Shown in pieces: positions 25,614 to 40,017 of a stretch of DNA of 64,000 nt. Made by a program: the position numbers and the translations under genes. Positions within the stretch are counted from its first letter, which is position 1, and each line of letters begins with the position of its first letter. Under the pieces are notes generated by a model, which searched no databases, was not told where the DNA came from, and worked only from the letters and a program-made list of their open reading frames with translations. Source of the DNA: Saccostrea echinata (lineage: Eukaryota); NCBI RefSeq assembly GCF_033153115.1, contig NW_026889758.1:46314001-46378000 (forward strand), read 5' to 3'.

Positions 25614-28019
25614 TTACCCCATTCATACGACACGATTTGCATACCTCAGTATATTTTACACATATGTAAATTTACTTACATGTGCAATTTTTGTCGTATG
25701 AACTGATTTGCTCATATGCAAATTATGCACAGTTGAGTAAATTTGCACCTGGTCAGGACAAGGTGTAAATTAACTTTTGCATACACGTTGTCGCAAAATA
25801 TTTGCTCCCGTGTGTAAAATTTGTCGTATGAACACGCAGCAAATTTACTTATGTAAGTTTTTCGTCATATGTATTGCATCCATTTCCGTTTTAAGTGTTG
25901 TTATGGTTATATTTACATTTCCAATGTCTTTGTCCGAGATAAAATTACAAATTATAAAAATACTTTATTTCTACATAAATCTACTGGTTTTAGGCGCGGT
26001 TAAAAAAAAATCACGTGCGGGGCGGGACAAATAGAGACAGAAGCGGGGCTATTCGCACGGGAATTTGCAGAATCAGGAGCATGTAAATATAAGGAATAAC
26101 TGTCAGATTTTTTGGATTCATGACGATGATCAATCGATTGGCTTGTATGATAATTTTATGCATAAACGCCTTCAGCGTTTATGCAAATTATCACGCAAGC
26201 CACTCGATTGATCACATCATGAATCCTAAAAATTAAACAGTTATTCCTTAAGTATATGCATTGGCATGTAAAATATCAGTCGGTAAACATGGCTGCTAGA
26301 AAGTAAAGCTCTAAAAATACGCGGATTTTCAAGGGTCAATCTTGCGCTAAGTAAACAAAAATTGAAAGTGAACTGAGTTACTGTAAGGGTAGATCTGTTG
26401 GTGTATGGCTTCAAAAGCCAAGTCTTCAAAGGGCATACGCTGTGTCGCCGAGAAGTACTACTAGCATAGTAATTTCTCCAAACTGCTTTCTCCACTCTGG
26501 AAACAAGGAACCATTATCTCCTCTGAAATAAATTTTCGAATATGTAAAAACGCGGGCATCGTGACCCTTCGTGGCAAACCTGTTTATGTCTCTAAAGATG
26601 TAGCTGTGGTCGCAAACACCCTGCAGATTCAATGAGTAGAATCCCTTCCTTTCAAGTAGACTCCGTGTGAATGCTTAGGAGCTATGATAGGAATATGCGT
26701 GCCATCAATCGCTCTACCATAGTTTAGCCCTTGATGACTTTCTTCATTCTTTCTCAGTTTTAAACTGAGGCAGGCTACTGACAGATAAGTTTATGTTACA
26801 AGGATTTCAACAACCTCGTTTCAAGTCAGCATTTGGTAAATAGATAGATTTCATATGACACATTTTCAATTCGAGTTATTTCCCTTGGTCGCCATCTTGG
26901 AGATCAAACTGGCATTTAAGCAGAAATATAAGGGCAAAAATCTTTGAATTACTAAACCTATGAACTTTGTTAACATATATTCTTAAGAAAAACTGTGTTA
27001 TCTTCGCCTCATTGTCCAGTATGAGAAGTTTAAATTGGTTGAATTATGAAGGAATCTGGCCTTGTTAGCGCCAAATATGGCGACAGACGGAAAATTACTC
27101 TATGGTCATTATAATGATCTTATTAGCAAATATAACCTATCATTGGATCATATTTTGGCTGACTTCTTTCATACCAATTGTTAGGACTTTGTTTATACTT
27201 AATTTGACTACAGAATGATCAATACATAAGGCTTATGGCGGGTGTGACCGGTCGACAGGGAATGCTTACTCCTCCTAGGCACCTGATCCCACCACCGGAA
27301 TTTCCAGGGGTCCGTGTTTATTCCCTCTTCACATATTTGTATTGTTCAAAGATTTTTGAGATCGATCACAGTTTGTTATCTTCACCCTTTTCATTCTCCT
27401 TCTGGACAATACACATATTTTTCAAGCAGATATTCCATAGTGGCCTCGTAAACTCGATGTTTGCAATCATACATGGTAGATTTTCCATACCCAAAATGAT
27501 TTCTAATCGTACGTCCCTTATCCTCTGAAGACGCTAACCAGTAGATGGTAACAGCCACCTTCTTCTTTACATCCAACGGCTCTTCCACAGTCTTTGGGTC
27601 GGGACAAAAGCATTTCCCAACTTCTCACAAAATTTTATGAAATTTATGAAATTTTATGAAATTTTCCTTAAACATTTGAAAATTCTTATACCAATCTTCG
27701 TCCTTTAAGTCATATAGAACGGTTCTGTCGTACCAATTTTTGGATCGGATTTTTCTTCTACTTTCTTTGATGAACATCCAAAAGTTAATCCTATACCTAA
27801 ATAGTAAGTTAATCCTATACCCAAATAGTAGTTTTTTCTGTGAAAATTTACAAGTCTGAAGCGGTCCATCTCCTTATTTTAAATGACAATTTGAGGATTT
27901 ACTTATGGTACATAAATCTCGTCTGAACGCATAGCAAATTAACTTTTACTTATGTGTGTAAATTTGCTCACATGTAAATTTGCACACATAAGCAAATTTT
28001 CGTCGTATAAATGGGGTAA
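25614..28019 (-). mobile_element. PIF/Harbinger transposon remnant with TIRs and nested insertions
   Basis: TIR ttaccccattcatacgac / gtcgtataaatggggtaa. Transposase fragments KVAVTIYWLASS..RTIRNHFGYGKST, GFYSLNLQGVCD, HDARVF, LLGDTAY, WLLKPY. Confidence 0.88.
26090..26251. mobile_element. Short palindromic MITE/Crypton-like insert (partial copy at ~23077-23176)
   Basis: taaggaataactgt ... acagttattcctta, with internal hairpin tgcataaacgccttcagcgtttatgca. Confidence 0.6.
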
Positions 28020-29591
28020 CTTACTGAAGTATCACGTGTTCAGGATGTTTTTCTCACTAAACAAACATTGCTAAGCAAGAATCAGTGAAATAATCAGAAG
28101 TTTTTGTACATTTTTATAGAAGTTCTTAACTCAAATAAACGGAGGCACAACTGCATCAACTTCTTGCTTTATGTCATGCAAATATTCATTTACCCTTAAT
28201 AACCAGCAAGCTTGTACGCTATAAAAACCTCTAGAAGGTCGGGGAAACTATATTCTCTTACGTCAGCATAAATTTACAGATTAAAAAAAATACAAACGCG
28301 ACTTCACACTGACTAATCGGCTAAATGAGTTGAATTACGTTATGGGTTACTAAGAGAATATCTCTGAAATTTTAAGCCAATTGTTTTACTCGTTCTATGA
28401 AGCACATTATAATTTGTTCATGCATTTCACAGATTAAGTACAGTTCTGTGTAAAAATCATGCAAAGGGTGATATATGAGGGTTCTCAGAATTTGATGATT
28501 TTCCACACATAGTTTTCTTTTGCCCTATGAAACATGTATGCAAAAGGAAAAATGTTTTGATTCACGGTTACCATGGAAACATGGGTAGAGAAATTTCCCT
28601 AGCAACCAGCCAGTTTTCAGCTTCGATGGACTAAAAAATCTCGTATCTTTCAGGCTCAAATTAAATGTAAATACTAAAAGAATTTCTTTTTCATTGCTGT
28701 TATTCTCAAGATAATGATCTTAACAGTTTTCACAATCAAAAATATAGAAATAAGATTTAAAGATATATCTGTGATAGATGTGGGAATATATGCATGTTTT
28801 TCCTTTTTGCTGACTCAGCATTTTCCTTGATTTTGGAATTATTCAATGCCTAATTACTCCAGTGATGGACCTCATACAGACATCCTGTGTATATAACATA
28901 AAAGTAGAGGATTTTGTCTTTCAGAATTTGAATTCAGAAGCGTATAATTTTTTGACATTCCTATCCGTTGCCTAGCAACAAAAATGGATGTTTTGATGAA
29001 TAAAAAGAGAAAAAAATGTAAAATGCTAACGTCATAAATCACATAATTTGTTGTCTTTGAATACTCAAAACATATTTTACAATAAATTGAACTTTTTGAG
29101 ACCTCTCTGCAAACTATGGAATGTTTTACAATTTGTAATCTCCATGGTAACAACAATTTCCCCTTAGCAACACATCAAAGAATAATAATTTTAGTATCTT
29201 CACGTACCTGTTGTTAAGGATTTTTCAAAGCATGCTGTAAAATTGTGATTAGGCAAATTTTACAATGCAATTAGCATCTTATAAAATTCTATTTTTCACT
29301 TGATTTTTCCATGGCAACGATTCTGAGCACATAGCAACCAATGTATCCTATGTAGAGTTAAGAGTCATTCTTTGTAGGAATTTCAATTGTTTTGATACTC
29401 AGAGTCAAGATTACAGGACATTGACATGTAAAATCATTGCTGGTGCAAAATATACATAAATATATACATTTGCAATCAAGATTTAAAAATTCATACGAAG
29501 AATGTTACCATGGTAACGGGTATAAACATTTTTATTTATATCATTTCAGCTTTATTTCTTCATTTTTCTTCAGAGCTTTCTAAATTAAAAA

Positions 29592-30190
29592 AACAAGATA
29601 CCCCCGTATGGAAACTTATAGCAAAGGTTAAACTTTCTCAAATGCAAATCAAATATGTTGGTACCCAAAGTAAGGTCTTGTCTCGAGGAATATACCTGTG
29701 AAATATGAGAGCCCTAGCAGCAACCATTGAATAGATATGGAAAAGGTTAAAGTTTTTCAAAAGTAAGTCAAACATCAAGGTCAAGGTCAAATGGTACAAA
29801 ATAATGGTGCCTAAGGAAAGGCCTTCTCACAAGAATTATACTGGTGAAATATGTAAGCTGAAGCACCAATCGTTCAAAAGTCATGACCAAGGTTTATGTT
29901 TTCCAAAAGAAGGTCAAACTCCAAGGTCAAGGTCAATGGATTACAATTGTTGGTTTCCAAAGAAAGGTATTGTCACAAGGATTACATATGTGAAGTATGA
30001 AATCCCTAGCACCAACGGTTCACAAGTTATGGCCAAGGTTAAAGTTTTCCAAAAGTAGGTCAAACTCCAAGGTCAAAGGGTCAAAGCTGTTGGTATCCAA
30101 AGGAAGGTCTTGTCACAAGGATTACATATGTGAAGTATGAAAGCCCTAGCACCAATTGTTCAAAAGTTATGGCCAAGGTCAAAGTTTTTC

Positions 30191-30221
<31 letters not shown>

Positions 30222-30328
30222 AAGTTGTTGCTATCCAAAAGAAGGACTTGTCGCAAGGATTACATATGTGAAGTATGAAATCCCTAGCACCAACGGTTCA
30301 CAAGTTATGGCCAAGGTTAAAGTTTCCC

Positions 30329-30359
<31 letters not shown>

Positions 30360-30860
30360 ACGGGTCAAAGTTGTTGGTATCCAAAGGAAGGTCTTTTCAC
30401 AAGGATTACATATGTGAAGTATGAAAGCCCTAGCACCAATTGTTCAAAGGGTATGGCCAAGGTCAAAGTTTTTCAAAAGTAGGTCAATCTCCAAGATCAA
30501 GGTCAAAGGATCAAAGTTGTTGGTATCCAAAGGAAGGTCTTGTCACAAGGAATACACATGTGAAGCATGAAAGTCCTTGCTCCAACTGTTCAAAAGTTAT
30601 GGCCAAGGGTTAAAGTTGGGTAAAATTGTGTAAAACTAGGTCAAACTCCAAGGTCAAAAAGTCAAATATGGTGGTACCCAAAGAAAGGTCTTGTCACAAG
30701 GAATACACATGTGAAATATGAAAACCATAGCTCCAATCAAAGCTATGGGCAATGTTCAAGTTTTTGCTGAGAAACAGACAAACATTTAAACAGACAAACA
30801 GACAGACGGACGGACAGGGCAAAAACTATATACCCCCGAATCTTCGATACGGGGGCATAA
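29592..30860 (+). mobile_element. Helentron/HINE-like element with central ~125-bp tandem array
   Basis: aacaag start; repeated caaactccaaggtcaaggtca units; (gaca)n; terminal hairpin cccccg...cggggg followed by ataaaa. Confidence 0.8.
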
Positions 30861-31764
30861 AAAAGAAATATACAAGCACGGGTTTTCATGTTTTGAAAAA
30901 AAAAATATTAATGCACTTCTTTAATTTTTATTTCATGAATGAAATAAATTCATTTTTTTTTTATTAAAGTATTTTATAAAATGAATTTTCGCATTTTGGC
31001 ATAGTTAATTTTTTGCTATGCTTGTACCAGAAAATTGAATCTGATATGGGATTACTGTGGGGCAAATTCTACTCTAGAGTCTGTTTTCCGGGGGAAAGAT
31101 TTTATTAAGGATTCTTCAAAGCATGCTGTAAAATTGTGATTAAGAAATTTTACAAAGCAATTAGCATCTTATCAAAGTTTTATTGTTTACTTGATAAACC
31201 CATGGCAACGATTCTGTGAACATAACAACCAATGTAATCTATGAAGAGTTGAGAGTCATACTCTTAAGCACTTCAACAGTTTTGTTACACAGAATCAAGA
31301 TTATGGAACATTGACAATTAAAATGATTGCTGGTAGAAAATATATATAAATGTTATACATTCTGCAATCAAGTCTTAAAACCAAAACTAAGAAACTGGTG
31401 TTAATATTTTTGCATATATAACTTCTGCCTGTAATGCGTCATTTGATTCGTTAAATTTTAGTTTAAATCATAAAACCTATGTTGCATTCGTACAATATGA
31501 CCAATATTGAAAAATCTATCAATCATCTAGACGTTACTATTAAAAATTGTACATTTTAACCTTAATTGTGATGACGGGGAATCATTTTCGATTTCATTCT
31601 CCTCTCCCTTAAAAATATATGTTTTGTTAGAATACACTAGTTTGCGACAGTTTGGTTGAATTTGACCAACGGGTTTTGTAGAAAAAAGTTGAAAAAATAA
31701 GAAATGAACAACGGGCAGACGGACAGATAAGACATAAGACAGGTGATCAGAAAAGCTCACTTTG

Positions 31765-32245
31765 TCATCTTTCCTAATTTTTGTAGTAACGTTCCAGTGT
31801 CACTTGCTTATGGTGTTTATTCGGTATTCAAGAGCTTGCTCTGAGTACGATCAATTTTTAAAGCGAGGCATGCTACTCACTGATAAGTTGATGTTACAGG
31901 GATTTCAACAACCTTATTTAAAGTTGGTATTTCGTAAATTTTATGGTCGTTATAATGATCTTGTCAGCAAATATATCCTGTCATTGGGTCGTATTTGGAT
32001 GACTTGTTTCATACCAATTGTTAGGCCTTTGTTTTTATACTGAATGGACTACGAAAAGTTCCGTCATCCTGATAAATACATAGGGCTAACGGCGGGTGTG
32101 ACCGGTCAACAGGGGATGCTTACTCCTCCTAGGCACCTGGTCCAACCTGTGTAATTTCCAGGGGTCCGTGTTTTATGCCCTCTTCACATATTTGTAATGT
32201 TTATGGATTTTATGAGATCGATCACTGTTCGTTACCTCCACCTTC
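31765..32245 (+). mobile_element. Penelope-like 3' fragment
   Basis: IRYSRACSEYDQFLKRG..L..KLMLQGF followed by the ggcgggtgtgaccggtc...ctcctaggcacctg tail shared with 27235-27390. Confidence 0.65.
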
Positions 32246-32757
32246 TGTACAGGTGAACTTACTGAAATGGTCCAATCAATGCGAAACTAGAAAATAAAAT
32301 ATGAAGAGACAAACAAAAGACCATCTGTGAATTTCTACATATGTAAATCTGAGGGCTATACATTTCTATCTTTATCATGATTGTCAAACCTAATCTTGGT
32401 CATTGGTTTAAAGAAACATAATAAACTTCAGCTAATTATCTGCAGGCATAGCAAAAGAAAAAAAAAAGATTTGAAATTTTTATTATTGAACTGAGCAGTG
32501 AATAAAAGGATTTTTTACATTCAAGGTACTAATACAAGTACTTTCATAAAAGTGGGTCAGTCAGCAATAAACTTGAATTGATTTGTCAGTCAATCAGCTC
32601 TACAGCCAAACATTTAAAAAAAGTAAATTATTAGAAATTTTTCATTTGAGCATATTTTAATATGATCTACATAAATATATTAGGCAGCAGGCATTGTCTA
32701 TAATTATAGCCTTGTTTTGACAATTAGAAACTAAGTCTAATAGCTATAACTTTTGTA

Positions 32758-34905
32758 TCAAGAGGCCCATTGGCTACATAGCTCACCTTAGCACTTGGGC
32801 TTAAGAAAAACAGAACAGAGTTCAGTATTGAAAACTTAAAGATATTGGTCCAAAATTATTTGACAAAACAAAGGCCTAACTATCTAAAGATGCTTCCATA
32901 TCTATTTACCTAATCATAGCTTTACAAGGTTTTCCCTATACATTCGATCTTCTATCGTGGTCCTCACCCTAAGCCCGGTTACATTTGATTTCGACAAACG
33001 TAAAATTTCCACTAAGGATGCTTCTGAATTAAAGTGACTAATTGTGGCTTTGCTGTTTTTAAACTTTTCTTTATATAGTAAAACATGCTTATATCGAAGT
33101 ACCAGGGATAGACAATTTTAATACATTATAAGTTTATCTTATGGGTAGTGTCCATCACATGTGTGAGATTAAACTAATTACCTTTAATCTCAAACTTGTG
33201 GTAGATACTGCCCATAAGATAAACTTATGTTTTATCCTTGCCGAATGCGTATGCTTTATAGATAGCACTTCCTGTTTTGACACAATCCCATGCTTAAGAC
33301 GTAAAATTTTCAAAACTTTTATTTTTGAAAGTTCTTGCATTTAACGTAAATGATAATGAGCAAACATTTTGTTAAAAACAAGAAAGCTCTCGTTTTACCT
33401 CAACGAAATTTCATTTTTTTTAAATTGACTACTGTAAATATGAATGTTAACCCCATTCCCCACACCACCAACACGTTCTCAAAGGAAACATTAGGCCTAT
33501 CAGTGAAGTTCGTGTTGCATGATTCATTTTACCATTCAGGAAAGTCTAGCCACTTTCATCAAGTTCGTGTTGCATGATTCATTTTACCATTCAGGAAAGT
33601 CTAGCCACTTTCATCAATACTTTCTTACATATTAAAACGTGTACAACTTCAAAATTAAATGTTTGTATAAAATGAATCTTCAACAAATTGTCACGTATCT
33701 TTTAAAAGACTCAGCAAATATAATTCCGAGATTTCATATTTTGTATAGATTTACAAAAAAACCTTCAACATTTCAACGTTAACAATGCGACGTCATCAAT
33801 TTACTCGTCGTCGATTTGGATAGAAATCAATTAACATCATTTTACAGGGATTATCTTAAATTTTTGTGAGAAAAGAAAATCTAATGAGATAACCAAAATA
33901 TCTATAATTGTGCGATTAATAAAAACTATAGCTGTGTGACGTGGTACTTGCTTTATCCATGTCGTTTAAGTTGTGTATAGTCACTCGGAAAACATCGGGA
34001 ATATACGCCATTTCAACTCATTTGATAAAGTACAGTACCAAATATTTTCTTAACCCACAGATCACTTACCTGTAAGCGTCATTTCATATATGAGCTCCTT
34101 ATCTATAAGCATGTTTTTTTCTGTATTCCTTTGTATAACTTTGATCATTGTTGTGGCTCCACACTACCCCTAAGTGTTATGATTTGAACGAACTTGAATC
34201 TGCAGCTTCTGTATTATTATGAATATAATTAATGGATTTGTGGTCCTTGAGAAGATTTTTAAAGATATTTCCCATATACTTATGTATTCCTATGTAAGAA
34301 AATTCATTGCCTAATGTGGCCCAAACTTCCTCCCTCCCCCCATCCGGTCATGCTTTGAACAAACTTGAATCTACACTACCTGAGAATGCTTCCAAATAAA
34401 TGACTAATCATGACTATACTGTTCTTGAAAAGAAAATTAAAAGAAAATCCTGTGTATTCCTATGTTAGACTTTGATCGCCTATTTTAGCCCCACTCTTCC
34501 CTTGGGGCTTATGATTCGAACAAACTTTAAACCTACCTACCTCCAAAAGTCATTTTTAACAAACTTGAATCTACACTATCTGTGAATGTTTCCATATATG
34601 ATTAATATTTTCTGACCCATTGGCTCTTCGGAAGAAGATTTTTAAAAGATGTCAATAATTTTTCACTAAATTCGTAATCATCTCCCGTTGGAAGAAAGCT
34701 TGACCCTTCATTTGGACAAACTTGAATTCCCTTAACTAAAGAACACTTTGTTGCTATTTGGTTGATATTTGCCCAGTAGTTCTTGAGAAGATGTCGAAAA
34801 TGTCGAAAAAGTTTTCAGACGGACAGACAGACGGCAGTCTGACAGATGAACAGATCGATGGACGCCGGACAAAATATGATCGGAACCTTGAGCCATCTGC
34901 TCTGG
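32758..34905 (+). mobile_element. Interrupted/degenerate HINE-like satellite-bearing element
   Basis: aagaggcccat..gctcacct head; repeated aaacttgaatctacactac units; gacagac tail. Same family as 35401-36326. Confidence 0.6.
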
Positions 34906-35400
34906 TAAGCAACAAATGGACCAAAGAAACTCGAAACCTGATTTGTAAGTCAACAATATCAAGAGACATACCAAAAATCAGCTCATTATCTACCGGTCTT
35001 GTAGAGTAAGATTTCCCCTCTAACCCCCCCGACAAAACTGGCTCAAGAGTAGGATTTCCCCCCGGAAAATTAACTCTAGAGTAGGATTCCCCCACGGATT
35101 AATGACTCTAGAGTAGGATTTTCCCCCACGAAAATCCCACATAAGATTCAATTTCCGGTACAAGCATAGGAAAAAGTGCTGAAAATTTACTATGCCAGAA
35201 TGCGAACATTCATTTTATAAAATACTTTAATTAAAAAAAATGAATTTATTTCTTTCATGAAATAATAATTAATGAAGTGCATTCATTTTTTTTTTTTTCA
35301 AAACTTGAAAACCCGTGCTTGTATATTTCTTTTTTTTTTAATTTAGAAAGATCAATGAGCTCTGAATGAAAATGAAGAAATAAAACTGAAATGATATAAA

Positions 35401-36213
35401 CAACAAGAGGTCCATGGGCCACATCGCTCACTTGAGCACTGTGGCTTCGAAAAAAAGAAAGAATCAGTTCAGTATTGAAAAGCTTTAATGAATATGTGGT
35501 CCCAACCTACCCCTAAAAAGAGGGGGGGGGGGTTATAATTTGAACAAAACTGAATCTACACTAACTAAAGATGCTTTCATATTTCTTTGACTAATTGTGA
35601 CTTTTTTCATAACAAGTTTGAACTTTCATTATGGTCCCACCCTTCCCCCGGGGGTCATGTTTTCAACAAATCTGAATCTACACTATCTGAGGATGCTTCC
35701 ATATAAATATGACTAATCATAGCTTTGCTCTTCTTGAGAACAAGATTTTTTTAAAAAAAAAATGTCCTATGTATCCCTATGCATAACTTTAATAATCAAT
35801 TGTGACCCCTAAATATCCCCAGGGGGTCATGATTTTAATCAAATATGACTCTACACTACTTTAGGATACTTCCTAATAGTTCATAACCAATGATGGCTTT
35901 GGTGTTCTTGAGAAGACTTTTCCTATATATATTTTATGTAAAATTTTGATCGTCCATTGTGGACCCACCCTAAACTCGGGGGTCAGGATTTTAACAATCT
36001 TGAATCTACACTACCTGAGAATGATTCCACATGAGTTTCATCTTTCCTTGCCCAGTGGTTCTTGAGAAGGAGATTTTTAAAAGATGCCATTAATTTTTCA
36101 CTAATTTGAAATTATCTCCCCTTGGAAGAGAGCATGGCCCTTTATTTGAACAAACTCGAATTCCCTTTACTCAAGGATACCCTGTGCCAAGTTTGGTTGA
36201 AATTGGTCCAGTA

Positions 36214-36250
<37 letters not shown>

Positions 36251-36288
36251 TCGACAACAACGACAGACAACGGACAAATTTCGATCAA

Positions 36289-36326
<38 letters not shown>
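35401..36326 (+). mobile_element. Helentron/HINE-like element with ~165-bp tandem units
   Basis: caacaagaggtccatgggccacatcgctcacttgag ... aaagctcacttgagccttcggctcaggtgagctaaaaa terminal hairpin. Confidence 0.85.
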
Positions 36327-36327
<1 letters not shown>

Positions 36328-38374
36328 TGTTTATACCCATTACCATGGTAACATTCTTAGTTTGAATTTTTGAATCTTGATTGCAAATGTATATATTTAT
36401 GTATATTTTGTACCAGCAATGATTTTACATAACAATGTTCTGTAATCTTGATTCTGAGTATCAAAACAATTGAAATTCCTACAAAGAATGACTCTTAACT
36501 CTACATAGGATACATTGGTTGCTATGTGCTAAAACTTGTTGCCATAGGAAAATCAAGTGAAAAATAGAATTTTATAAGATATTAATTGCATTGTAAAATT
36601 TGCCTTATCACAATTTTATGGCATGCTTTGAAAAATCCTTAACAACAGGTACGTGAACATGCTAAAATCGTTATTCTTTGATGTGTTGCTAAGGGGAAAT
36701 TGTTGTTACCATGGAGATTACAGATTGTAAAACATTCCAAAGTTTGCAGAGAGGTCTCAAAATTTTCAATTTATTGTAAAATTTGTTTTGAGTATTCAAA
36801 GATAACAAGTTAGGTGATTTATGACGTTAGCATTTTACATTTTTTCTCTTTTTATTCATCAAAACATCCATTTTTGTTGCTAGGCAACGGATAGGAATGT
36901 TTAAAAATTATACGCTTCTGAATTCAAATTCTAAAAGACAAAATCCTCTGCTTTTATGTTATATACACAGGATGTCTGTATGAGGTCCATCACTGGAGTA
37001 ATTAGGCATTGAATAATTCCAAAATCAAGGAAAATGCTGAGTCAGCAAAAAGGAAAAACATGCATATATTCCCACATCTATCACAGATATATCTTTAAAT
37101 CTTATTTCTATATTTTTGATTGTGAAAACTGTTAAGATCATTATCTTGAGAATAACAGCAATGAAAAAGAAATTCTTTTAGTATTTACATTTAATTTGAG
37201 CCTGAAAGATACGAGATTTTTTAGTCCATCGAAGCTGAAAACTGGCTGGTTGCTAGGGAAATTTCTCTACCCATGTTTCCATGGTAACCGTGAATCAAAA
37301 CATTTTTCCTTTTGCATACATGTTTCATAGGGCAAAAGAAAACTATGTGTGGAAAATCATCAAATTCTGAGAACCCTCATATATCACCTACATGCCTATT
37401 TTGCATGATTTTTACAAAGAACTGTACTTAAGTGCAATATGCACATTATTATTTACCATTCCCATGCTCACATTTACAAACAATTGATTTGTAAACGTCA
37501 TTTGTAAAAATCATTCTATTGTCTAAAGTGGCTTGCTAACAATTGTCTGTATTTCCATTTTGTAGTACCAGTGGAATCCTTGGACCAAAACTATTGTACT
37601 AAGATGTACAATCGTTTTATCATGTGTTGGTCATTGCGAAGTTTAAATGTTTTTATTGTGATGGTTTAGTGAAGGGATTTCAATCTATAATTTGACTCAG
37701 AATAACAACTTAGTTTCTTAATGCCCTACTCGTTAAAAATGCTCGTCAGACTGCAAAATATCCTGTAGACATCTTAGACTTACTCTAAACTTCTTTATAA
37801 AAGTGACACAGAGTTGACGATACACATATCATAACATACTTGAACATTGTAGTCTTTAATAACAAATCTAGGCCTGTCGGAAGCAATTTCAAATGGGGGC
37901 GACAAGCAAACACAAAAAAGGAAGGATCATCAGAAGTTCTTTTTTGAAATGGCACATCAGTAAATTAGCTTTGTTTCTATTGTCAGACCTGAAATACACT
38001 GGTTGAACTCGGGGGTTCGGATAAATGCAGGAAGTTTGGGAAAAAAATGATCTATCGATCGAACCAAGTTTGAAGGCCAAGGTATTTATACATTTTGAGA
38101 TATGAGGCGAAAAGTGAGGTCCTTGGTACCGTGGGACAGACTATAAACATATATTTATGAAGTGATCGCTTGTATATTTGGTTTCCAAGATCATGCTCCG
38201 CATGCATTTCCTAGCTCTAGAATATTTTTTTTGTTTGCTCTGCAAAAAAAAATGTTATGAAAAAAAATAAATAAGTAAGGTTGTGTTTGGTACTCATATA
38301 CTGTTTGTGACAGGTTTGATATTTTAGCCTCATTCGTGCAGTCATTCATAAGCTCCGCCAAAATATTATACAAT

Positions 38375-38860
38375 TATGGACTCTTTCGGTGGTGAATATG
38401 GTGAATATGGTTTGTTGTTCACCAGAAAAATATCAATATTGACCGAGGCGAAGCCATAATTGTTTTATTATATAGTCCGGATTTAAATAAATCAGACATT
38501 GAAGGCTGCGTGATGATATCACTTTCATTTACGAACTTCTGTCGTGGAAAAATAAAAAAAATGCCCAAATTACAAGTTATAGCTTCCGTGTTTTCCTTTT
38601 GCTGTTTGTAAGACATCGAAATGTTTAGAAAATAATCCTGCGATAGGCTTGGCTACTGTTTTTCCTGCTCAGATACACAGCTGGTTCTTGCCGTTGCAAC
38701 CATTGTTTACAACGTTGTTTGAGATGTTGATTGTGACGTCACAATGCCGCTGCACGCGCACCGACCCTCCGGTGAATACGGCTTCAAAACCAGTGAATAT
38801 GTAGTGTTATGAACTGTTTGCGTTTGTATAGATTATATAGGGACTATAAATAGACTATAT
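38375..38860. mobile_element. Crypton-like non-autonomous repeat (tentative)
   Basis: ggtgaata repeats and aatattgaccgaggcgaagcc hairpin remnant. Confidence 0.4.
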
Positions 38861-40017
38861 ATTAATATTTAAAATTGGTGAGATGTATCACATTGTTAAT
38901 TTTGAATTGACGGGTTGAAGTAAATACAACATTTAGAAGATGTCATGCTGTAAATTATGTATTTACTGCCACCCAGTACTTTCAAAATTTGCAACAATTG
39001 GATGAAAAGGAAGATAGAGTAGATGGTATCATAAAAAAAATATGTTTACACGTTTATTATTGGGTGCATTCACACATATACTGTATATTTTTTGATAGCA
39101 AAAAAAGTTTGCAGAAATGTTAAGCACATAGTGAAATGCAAACATATTAGTTACAATTCAAGCCTCTATTATATTTATGATAAATTATGCATATCTTTGG
39201 TCAATGAATCTTATCTAAAAAGACAGTGCGAAATATATCCGTGCGATGCTCAGAATTCTGTAAATAATTAGATGCAAACTCTAGGTAAATGCTCATCCAA
39301 TTCTGTTATTCCTTTATAAGGGAAGATGGATATTATGTACAAACTTTGTTGTTATTTACGTTACTTTGGCGTTAATGTAGTATTAAATAAATATGCATTG
39401 AAGCAAAAGTCCAGCTTCACTATAGTGTAAAAGGCTGTGTTATCTAATATTTACATTAAAATACATTTGCTGTGTTTTTCTACTTAAAAAACTTTGAAAT
39501 TGATTTGAATGCCATTTTCGTAGCTAAAGTGACATCACAATGAGTTACAGAGATGTTAAAAAATTTAATTAAATAAGGCAGCGAGAAATTCAAACATTGA
39601 GGTTTTTTTGGTGCTTTTAAAATGTAAAATGTAAATATAGCGCGCTTCATGAAATGTGTGATTTACACACCAATTACATACAAAAATTAAAAAACAATAT
39701 TATCACAGATAATTCAATTTATGCCGCTATGAGAAATCTGGTAAATTTTACACCGTCGGATAGTTATGGATTTTTAAACCAATCAAATTCTTTGTTTTTG
39801 TTGCGCCATTTCTGCAAAGCCTGTTTAGTGCAGTGAAAAATAAAAATACATTATCGTTGTGAACTAGCTAGACCCCTTGAAATAACATCGTTTTTGTGTT
39901 CTAGCAGTTCCATTCACCAGCCTACTTCACAAAAGTAGCGATATTCAAGGCAAGTAAGCTTGTAGCAGTGTTTTACATCCACGTGCTGGGTAAACCGCGT
40001 GGCCGTATACTTATAAC

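Larger units (their letters stand above)
28441..37424. mobile_element. ~9 kb foldback element with very long TIRs (~1.4 kb once nested inserts are removed)
   Basis: TA|cagttctgtgtaaaaatcatgcaaa ... tttgcatgatttttacaaagaactg|TA. 28441-29540 mirrors 36325-37424; 29540-29590 plus 30860-31110 mirror ~35050-35400. Confidence 0.9.

Noticed and set aside
29600-30760. Regular repeat array as a possible CRISPR
   Set aside because: Whole units repeat with no unique spacers; eukaryotic satellite inside a HINE-like element.
34060-34090. ATGACGCTTACAG|gtaagt on the minus strand as an alternative first exon of gene A
   Set aside because: A phase-1 donor is incompatible with the phase-2 acceptor at 14046, and it lies within TE sequence.
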